From Welwitschia mirabilis (lineage: Eukaryota): DNA of 20,000 nucleotides. A program made the position numbers and the translations under genes. Positions 11,870-20,000 of this stretch are shown one piece after another; position 1 is the first letter of the stretch, and every line of letters begins with the position of its first letter. The notes under the pieces are model-generated. The model ran no database searches. It saw nothing but the letters and a program-made list of their open reading frames with translations, and was not told the DNA's origin. The stretch spans positions 45,890,797 through 45,910,796 of the forward strand of contig JBOZIK010000001.1 in assembly GCA_051453625.1 (NCBI GenBank), read 5' to 3'.

Positions 11870-12240
11870 TAAATGTTTTTAATATAAACTATTTACACAA
11901 TTTAATAAGAAAATAGGTGTATTCAATTTTATCATGCTTGCTTTATAAATCAAATTGCTAAGATCCTTTAAGTAAGATATGGCATGCATCTGTGAGTAAT
12001 ACATCATGATAAGTATCCAATTTGAAACTTATTAAACATTATTTGTTTACTCTTACATGATAGCCCTTTTGAAGCCATGTTATCTTATATGCTTTAGGAT
12101 TTCATCTTACTCTAAAATTTGGATTTCTCATCATTTTATGAAAATAGAATTATAAGATCTTCCTATATCTATAATAACTTTATAAACCTTGTTCTTCTAC
12201 TTGCATCTTGTTTTGAAGAGCTTTCTCCTTTCAGATAATT
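11870..12240 (-). pseudogene. pol: CRM-like aspartic protease
   Basis: Minus strand gives ERRKLFKTRCK*KNKVYKVIIDIGRS...NPKAYKITWLQKGYHVRVNK*CLISFKLDTYHDVLLTDACHILLKGS*QFD..HD..YTY. This matches the CRM pattern LFxTRC..KVCxVIIDxGS, HPxPYKLxWL and MDACHILLGRPWQFD. Confidence 0.9.
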
Positions 12241-12329
12241 CTTGTTGCTTATTTTTATTTTGGTATTAATATTATTTTACTAAGAACTTATTATTCTCTT
12301 TTACTTTTGTAACTTTTCCTTATGTTTCT

Positions 12330-13480
12330 ATTGTTTTGTTATCTTTACCTTATTAAAACATTACAATTCTAGAGGTTCCTTTTTATTTTATGTTGATAAC
12401 CAAGGGATCTCTATCTGCTTTATCTATAAATGAAGCAAATGGAAGTTTTTTCTCTACTTTTGCCTCCTCCTCTTATTATTCCTTCCTTTTAAAAATGAAG
12501 ATTCTTCTTAGGCCCTTCAATTTCTTTTTTGTTAATTTGTTGGTTCTTCTATGCCTCTACCTTTTACATATCTTGTACTTCTTATTTTACTTTTGTGTTT
12601 GCTTTTTTATTTTTGTTTTACATTTGAATCATATAGATAGACTTCCTCTAAAGCTTTGAAAGTGCATATATCCAATTACTATAAGATAGAGAACTTAACC
12701 CATTAATGAATCATGTAATCTCTTCTTTCATAATTCTAATGTAGTTATCATGGATAGTACATTAATGAAATGCTTCTATAAATTCTTTTGTAACCTTCCA
12801 TTTTTTCTTTCAAACTATGCATCCTTCTAATTCCATAAATATCTAAACTAAAAAGATTATTCTTTATCTTTGTCTTTATGTTTTTCTAATATTGAATTAG
12901 ATACCTAATAATGTGATTTTTCTATTTTCTTTCTTGTTAAATGACTACTATTCCTTTTATTTTTCTTTTTTACATGAAACTTTACTTATTTCCTCCACAC
13001 GTTCTCTCTCAAAATGCTTTTCTATATGTTTAATCTAGTATAAACATTAATTATGTTTCATACTTCCATCATAAAATGGTACCTCCACAGGTTTTTCTAC
13101 TTATTCATTTCAAGGATTTTATCATCTTTTATTGTTTCATTTAAAAACTTTTAAACAATCTTCTTATAGGCTCTTTTATTTTCTACTCTTCATTACTTAT
13201 GTCTTCCCAATTTTCCTAATATTTCTTAGATTCCCAAATATCTTTAGAAGTTCTAGATTTGTCTTTTGTTTTTTTCTCTTCATTAAGACCAACATAACCT
13301 CATTCTTCTATTCTTGTATTCCCATTTTTTATCCAAATTGGTGACAGTGATCCTCTTAGATGTTATATCTTAGTTTCCATTGCCTTCTCTTGTGCGTTTT
13401 TCTCAAAAAAACATTATAACACCAAATTGATGAAAATGATCCTCTTAGATGCCATTTTTTAGTTTCCATTACCTCCTCTT
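12330..13480 (-). pseudogene. gag: CRM-like gag remnant (start approximate)
   Basis: Minus strand gives PVEVPFYDGSMKHN*CLY*IKHIEKHFE near 13000-13090 and EEIT*FINGL...FKALEEVY near 12630-12730. A degenerate zinc-knuckle start (*CF) lies near 12360. Confidence 0.75.
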
Positions 13481-13512
13481 ATGCCTTTTCCTCAAAAAGC
13501 ATTATAACACCA
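13333..13512. repeat. Two-copy 89-bp tandem duplication at the CRM leader/gag start
   Basis: CCAAATTG.TGA.A.TGATCCTCTTAGATG...TAGTTTCCATT...CTCAAAAA.CATTATAACACCA occurs at 13333 and again at 13422. Confidence 0.9.
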
Positions 13513-13575
13513 CCATAAATTCTTATATCCCTACTCTCTTATAACTTCTTATAATAATCTTGGAATTTTAACCTT

Positions 13576-13588
13576 GGATCTAATGCCA
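13576..13588 (-). other. Decayed tRNA-iMet primer binding site; the 5' LTR of the CRM element extends rightward from ~13590 (outer end not defined)
   Basis: Minus strand TGGCATTAGATCC matches canonical TGGTATCAGAGCC at 10/13. It lies 1 nt from an LTR-like end ...CATTACA and just upstream of gag. Confidence 0.65.
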
Positions 13589-14272
13589 ATGTAATGTAGA
13601 GTGTAGTAAGAAATGAGATAAAACTAGCAAAACAAAGAAGAAATAAATTGTATTATATTCCTAATGTATAATTCCCAATGTGTAATTTGTAATTTGTGAT
13701 ATACTAAACAATTATTCATGACAAATCTTAGAACTTTAAAAAAAATGGCTTTAGAAGAAGAGAATGAACTTTTTTAGAGAATATTTTGAAGGGATCTAAA
13801 TATATAAATTAAAGAAATAATAATTTCCTCCATATTTTGTTCTTATTTTCTTTTGTCTTATTGCTGGTATTTAGAAGTTCTTATCCTTTTTAAAATTTTA
13901 ATACAATTTTTTTTCCTTTTAACTTTTCATTTGCTCCTACATTACTAATATTTTCAAAAATATCAAAATATTATTATAGATGTAATGCATAACATTGAGA
14001 AAAAAATGTATATATGGGAAATATGCCCTATATTTATCTTCCTTGAGTTGTATTTTCTTTTTTTAAAATAAAATATAACTTTTTATTAATCTAAAAGATC
14101 AAATAGCATATCAAAATAAAATGGCATCCATCAAGAAGGATGGAGGAAGGGGAGTAACTAAAGAAGATTTAGCATTAAAGGCTTTCCATAACAGGTAAGG
14201 TAAAAAAATATTTTGGTTAATCCTATAAATTTAAATCAAGATTATTAATGATCTTGTTATATTTAAATTTAG

Positions 14273-14777
14273 TGTAATGATCCAAAGTCATTTAAATAAA
14301 CCTTCATTAGTAAAATATAATCCATGATATAAAATTATTAGTAGAAAAATGGACAGGAAAAGAGTTGAAAAATACACAGTAATTGGGCATTGAAGAAAAT
14401 CATGCTTTATTCATTATTGATAAAACAACACCTTCCCATGTCAAACAAAAGGCTTTGAGAGTGTACTGACTAATTCATACTACCTTTAAGGTCCAGTCTA
14501 TGGGATCGCTAGGGGACCAAGCTAGCCTGTTAAGGACTCATTATACTTGTATGACTCACATGCATGCCCTTCACTTCTTCTTTACCCTTGTTTTAATAAT
14601 AGTAAAAGGTTATCATGATGCTTCATAACAACATAACATTTCATAAATGAGTATAATTAGTTTTACAAGGATCATATTCCTTAAATGTAAATTTACATTA
14701 TTAAGAAACACAATAGCTAACATTAATAATAATGAACATGGGATATTATTTTTTTCAAAGGTAAAGGAATTGTAATA
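14273..14777 (-). mobile_element. Probable 3' LTR of the Tekay-like element
   Basis: On the minus strand it starts TATTACA (decayed TGTTACA) just after the PPT and ends ...GGATCATTACA (cf. GGGTCGTTACA). The left boundary is uncertain; 13981 is an alternative. Confidence 0.4.
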
Positions 14778-14781
14778 GACG

Positions 14782-14812
14782 TTCCCCTTTAAGATTAATA
14801 TTCACCCTTGAA
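14782..14812 (-). other. Polypurine tract region of the Tekay-like element
   Basis: Minus strand TTCAAGGGTGAATATTAATCTTAAAGGGGAA resembles TTCGAGGACGAAA...TTAAGGGGG and lies ~120 bp downstream of the chromodomain end. Confidence 0.6.
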
Positions 14813-14924
14813 ATACTACTCTTTAGGAGAAGTTTCCTACACAATTGGTTATCCTTCTTCATATTATTCATCCTCATTATGCTCCTTGCAATATTAGAAA
14901 AGAAAATTAAAATTTATCTTCATT

Positions 14925-16127
14925 AGCAAATATTTTTGGATAAGTTTTTCATATAAATTTGTGATTTTTTAAATTGTGGTGGTCACAATGAGACCCTTTA
15001 CTTAATGCTTCTTGATTTCTCTTAATTTATTTTCTCTCATGTCTTTAATTCTAATAGGTTCAATAGTAAAGATGAGATTAGCTCTTACTAGAATATTTGT
15101 TTAATTGATTGTTAGTTATTAAACTTTTCTAAATAATATGATTTAAGCATGCTAATATAAAAGAGGGGATGTAATCAAGATCATTTAGTAGGAGGTTGAG
15201 TTTGTAAGCTAATTTACCAATTCTTTGTGTAATAAAAAAAGATCCATAAAATTGAGAAATCAACTTGCCATATTTTTCCAACTCTAGAAATGTTATTTAT
15301 GAATTGACTCTTAGTAAAACTTAATCATTAATTTAGAAGATTCAAGGGGAATGTTTTTGATTTAATTACTTCTTATATCTATCTTAAGCACCTTGTAGTT
15401 CCTTTTGGATATTTTTGACAATTCTATTCATATTTTGAATTTCTTATTATTATTCTATTTTTCTCTAGATAGGATCTATCCAAATGATTAGGGTTTCATA
15501 GTTATTGTCATACATAGCTTTAAAGGAAGTGAATTTAATGGAGGAGTGGTACCCTTGATTATAAGTAAATTTTGCCCAATGGAGGTAATCTTCCTACCTA
15601 GTGGATTTGATTAGGACTTTACTTCTTAGTATGTCTTCCAATATAAGATTTACTCATTTGGTTTATCCATTAAACTTAGGGCCAAAGATAACGCTAAAGA
15701 ATACTTGTGTCCATAACTACTTGAAAAATTCTTACCAAAAGTTCAATATAATTTTGAATCATAGTCAAAGATAATAATTTTTTGTACATTGCATAATTTA
15801 AATATCTCTTTTATGAATTGTCCTATAATTTCTTCTAATATTATCATAGTCTTAGTTGTAATGAAGTAAGCAATCTTTGTTAACCTATTAACACATACAA
15901 ATATTACATTATGTTATCTACTTACAGTAGGTAATCTTATAATGAAGTCCATTGTGATCTCTTCCCATTTTCATGATGGTACTGATTTTAAAATCCTATT
16001 AGGTTTGCTATTCCACTTGATCTTATGATAAATTAGATTACTTATGATGAACTCCCTTTTTTATTTTTTTCATTCCCAATCAATGATATTGTCATTGTAA
16101 GGTGGTGTAATTTTTTGCAAACTCAAG
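14925..16127 (-). pseudogene. pol: Tekay/Del-like chromovirus integrase (second half of zinc finger, catalytic core, GPY/F) plus chromodomain
   Basis: Minus strand gives QYH*LGMKK...*KWEEITMDFIIRLP...IFVCVNRLTKIAYF...FIKEIFKL...NG*TK*VNLILEDILR...*EDYLHWAKFTYNQGYHSSIKFTSFKAMY...GKLISQFYGSFFITQRIGKLAYKL...LHPLFYISMLK...IEPIRIKDMRENKLR...KTYPKIF. Confidence 0.93.
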
Positions 16128-17564
16128 TGTTCATGTATAGTAGAGAAGTTAAACTTAGTATCACTCTTACACAAGGATGTATATGTGTGATAGATTTACA
16201 AAAGAAACACACTTAATGCAACTTGCAGTGAAAAGGAAGACAAAACAAAAATTAAAAAATTAAGAATTTCGTAATATTTGCTTAGAAATGTAAGGGAATG
16301 AAAGTGATTCAAAGGCCTAGCTAATTCATCCAATAACACCTTCACTCTAGTAACTTTGACATTCTTGAAACATCACTAAAGTAATAAACTTATTAGAGCT
16401 CATGTGTGAAGGCATAATCTCTTTCATCATATAAGTGTTAATGAATTATTCAGTCCCTTTTATCCTTCATAGCTCTTTATAAGCATGGAAAGTATGAACA
16501 AATGTGCATAAGATCCATTAAACAATATCAACTACAATATCATAAAAGTAATCTTAAACAACTCACTTAGTTATAAAAGAACTTGATAATAAAGTAATTT
16601 CACCTAAATATTACTAATACTAAATTAAAATGTATTAAAAATAAAATAATAAAGGATACTTAAGAAATAGTTTCACTTAAATATTACTAATAAGAAATGA
16701 ATCATGCATTAATAATCAAGGGATAAAAACCTAATTCTTGTATTAAAATCTGAAAATAAACATTAAAATAGAAAAGATAGGTGAAGTGTGTGGACCTCTC
16801 AATAGCCTTGGAATAATCTGCCCTAAGTAAAATGGTTAGAACACCATGATGTCTAGTACTTTAAGCCTTTCTCCATGTTATCTAATCAAAACAATTAATT
16901 ACAATGAGGTATTAAGGCCCTTTTATAGATAAGAAAAGGCTTGGAGAGTCTATCATGATGTATTAAATGAATGTGCAATAAGAAGGGTTACAGTAGGATG
17001 GTTACTTAAGGAGGAGGTTACAATTTTTGGCATGTAGCTTTAAAGGAGGATTCTTTATCTTCTAATGTAAGAAAGATGATGGAATTTACTTTGAATGATG
17101 ATGATGCTATTAATGAATGCCATTTCATGTGTCTTTTACATGATCATCCTTGTTATTGTCATATGTCACTATGATGCATCATCTTACATTTCTACCATGT
17201 ATCATCAGATTTGAAGATTTATTTTGGATCAACTTATAACTTAGCCCAAAGTATAAAATGATAAACTCCCTAAACAAGTGCCTAAACATGAGTTCTAAGT
17301 GACTTTGCCTTAGAAAACCAGTGGCACCAATGGACTTTTTGGATGACAATGCTAGTGTTTTATCCTAGAATAACCTCAGTTTATGAGATGTCTTTAAAAA
17401 TATAGCATTAAACCTAAAAATTGTAACAAAGTTTATAATTACATGAAACCTAATAAAAATGCCAAAATGCATCACTTTATAATAAACTGATGAATTGAAT
17501 GTCTTTCTCAATATAAAATTAATCAATTCTACTTATTTGTATTGTCAATTTCTGCATGTAAACA
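16128..17564 (-). mobile_element. Athila-like LTR, copy A (1437 bp)
   Basis: Termini on + are TGTTCATGTATAG...CTGCATGTAAACA. It is colinear over its full length with 17576-19031 (roughly 70-80% identity by eye). A minus-strand TATA-like CTATAAAAGG lies near 16919-16928. The left flank TCAAG is the TSD copy. Confidence 0.88.
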
Positions 17565-17575
17565 CAATAAAAGCT

Positions 17576-19031
17576 TGTTTATGTATAGAAATGAACTGAA
17601 TTTAATTAAGTTAGAACTCAGTATGATTATTTCACAGGGATATTATGTTTTATCTTTACAAAAGAAACATAATTAATTCAACTTATAATGAAAAGCTAAA
17701 TAAAATAAAAACCAAAATTTTGAAACTTTCTGGTAATCTTTGGTTGGTGACATAAGGGAATTAAAGTGCTTAAAATATCTTGCAAATTCATCCAATGCTT
17801 CATCTTTACTCTAATAACTCTTATATTTCTAAAACATAACTAAAATCGTTAAGTCATTAAGGATCGGATATGAAATCATAATCTCATCCATCACATGAGT
17901 GTTGATGAGTTATTTAGTCCCTTTGATGCTTTGTACCCATTCATAAGCATGAAAAGTATGAATGAATGCGTATAAGATCCATCAAATGATAGTGACCACA
18001 ATATCATAAAAGTAACCTCAAAAAACGTACTTGATAATAAAAGAACTTTACAACTAATTAGTTTCACCTAAAGATTACTAATACTAAATTAATATGCATT
18101 AACAATCAAAGTATGAAAGTTATGTAAGAGCTAGCATCATCTAAATATTGCTAATTCCAAATTAATTATGCATTAATAATAAAATAATGAAAAGCTAATT
18201 CTTATATTAATACTAAAAATAAATACATTACATAATTAAAGAAAGGTGAAGTAAAATGAACTTCTCAACAAGCCTTGGGATGATCCACCCCCAAGAAAAT
18301 GATTAGAACACCATGAAATCCTATAGCTCCAAGTTTTACCCCACATTAGCCAACCAAAAGATCCATTACAATGGGGTATTAAGGCATTTTTGTATATAAG
18401 GAAAGGCTTGAAGAGCTTTGTCATAATGTTTTTGGTGGATAGTTACATAAGAAAGGTTATATTAGAGTAGTTACTTAAGGAGCAAGTTACAATTTTTGAC
18501 ATGTAGCCTTAAAGGAGGATCCTTTATCTTCTAATGAAAGTAAGATAGTGATATGTCCTTTGAATTATGATGACACTGATAATGAATTTTATGTCATGTG
18601 TTTTTCATGTGATCATCCTTTTTACCATTACATGTTGCTATGATATGTCATCTTACACTATCACCATCTATCAAGAGATTTGGAGATTTATTCTAGATGA
18701 ACTTCTAAATTAGGTAATAGGTGTAAAATGATGAAGTCCCTAAATAGGTGTAAGAACGTGAGTTTTAAAGGACTTTACCTTAGAAGACTAATGATGCTAG
18801 TGAACCTAGATGAAAACACCGATGTTTTACCTTAAAATAACTTAAATTTATGAAATTTCTTTAAAAAGATGGCGTTAAACCTAAAAATGTTATAATGAAG
18901 TTCATAATTATATGAAACTTAATAAAAAAGAGAAAAAAATATTTTATGGTAAACCAATGAATTTAATATCTTTTTCTATACAAAATTAATGTATTATACT
19001 TATTTTTAATGTTAATTTTTACATGTAAACA
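17576..19031 (-). mobile_element. Athila-like LTR, copy B (1456 bp)
   Basis: Termini on + are TGTTTATGTATAG...TTACATGTAAACA. It is a direct repeat of copy A. CAGTATGATTATTTCACAGGGA near 17620-17641 resembles the reverse-complemented Athila U5 motif. The right flank CCAGG is the TSD copy. Confidence 0.88.
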
Positions 19032-19765
19032 CCAGGATGATCTACATATAAAACTTCATGAGCTTCTCGCAAAAGTTATTAATGCCATGGTTCTTATGAA
19101 ATACAAACTCTTTTATTCTTGATTAATAAATTATTTAAAGTTAAATAAGAAGATTTAACTTCTTATTTCTATGGTATTTTTCTTTAAATTTCCTTAAATA
19201 ATTGATGTTGTAGTAGTTATGCCTTGATTTTCCTCACTATTTCTGAGTTATCTATGCATACCATCATACACCACATTTAACTAAGTGAATTAGCTACTTT
19301 ATTTTCTCTTCTAGGTGTGTATTTCAAATTGAAATTATATTATACTAAGAGTTCCATTCATCATATCTATTTGATGTTTAGGAGAGGATATTTCTAAAAT
19401 TCTAAGCTTTTATAGAGGTTTTTATTTGAAACTTACCTCTCATGAGATAGTGTCTTCATATCTTTAAGGCAAGGATAATGGTGAGTAGCTCTAGGTAGGG
19501 TAATTTTATTTGTGCTTATTTAGATTTTCTAATTCATATGTGATTACTTATCCCTCTTGCATGAATACTACTTCAATACCTTCTCCACACACATCTATTA
19601 ACATTGGAAACTCTTTATTAATTTCTAAAATATTTAGTATTAGTGTTAAAGTTAATAAAAGCTTAATGTAAATTAAATACTATTTGAATTTATCATAAAA
19701 ATTAAAAAACCTTTACTTAATCAAATATGTTAGTGGACTTGTAATTTTGAAAAAATCCTGGATGG
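19032..19765 (-). pseudogene. pol: Tekay/Del-like RT connection domain, RNase H and start of the integrase zinc finger (same element as 14925-16127)
   Basis: Minus strand gives IQDFFKITSPLTYLIK...KEFPMLIDVCGEGIEVVFMQEG*VITYE...LELLTIILALKI*RHYLMRGKF...*MELLV*YNFNLKYTPRRENKVANSLS...LLREAHEVLYVDHPG. Confidence 0.93.
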
Positions 19766-20000
19766 GGGGTTTCACAGGTCCTTACTTCTCTGACTATGAC
19801 TATACTCCCCTTATCATAACAAGTTGTAATAAAATTTGAGACTGTGGGATAAGTGATGTTTCTAGTATCATTAGAGGCATTTCTTATTTCCTATACTCTT
19901 AGTATTTCCATATAATTATTTCACTTTTGAAGATTAGATATGTTTTGATATGTGAATAGATGAGTTCATCTTTGAGAAACTTTTGATCTTATCATTTATT

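Noticed and set aside
10552-13344. Listed + strand ORFs 10552-10743, 12390-12659 and 13132-13344 (Phe/Leu-rich, membrane-like)
   Set aside because: They are antisense shadows of A-rich minus-strand CRM gag/pol sequence.
18236-18424. Listed 62-aa minus-strand ORF
   Set aside because: It lies inside LTR copy B across the TATA region and has no recognisable motif.
1-20000. Fungal RIP as the cause of the AT-rich decay
   Set aside because: The element lineages (Athila, CRM, Tekay) are plant-type, and the mutations are not confined to CpA.

Overview
Very AT-rich, CpG-depleted DNA from a land-plant genome, made almost entirely of old, nested and mutationally decayed Ty3/gypsy LTR retrotransposons. 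I found no intact gene. From left to right: (1) the 3' half of an Athila-like element on +, comprising integrase (2-~1000), a long 3' region with a 5-copy hairpin repeat array (3160-3578), a 100-N gap, a PPT-region motif and a 3' LTR (5372-6665); (2) a decayed env-like or accessory ORF on + (~6960-9590); (3) an internally deleted CRM-clade gag-pol on - (~10150-13590) with a PBS remnant; (4) a Tekay/Del-like chromovirus on - (3' LTR, PPT, chromodomain, integrase, RNase H, RT connection; ~14273-19765). The most unusual structure is a 2.9-kb insertion (16128-19031) that splits the Tekay integrase exactly at its HPG codons. It is flanked by a decayed 5-bp TSD and consists only of two ~1.45-kb Athila-like LTRs joined head-to-tail by an 11-bp spacer, which resembles a fossil 2-LTR junction. 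Domain calls come from manual translation and remembered consensus motifs, not from database searches.
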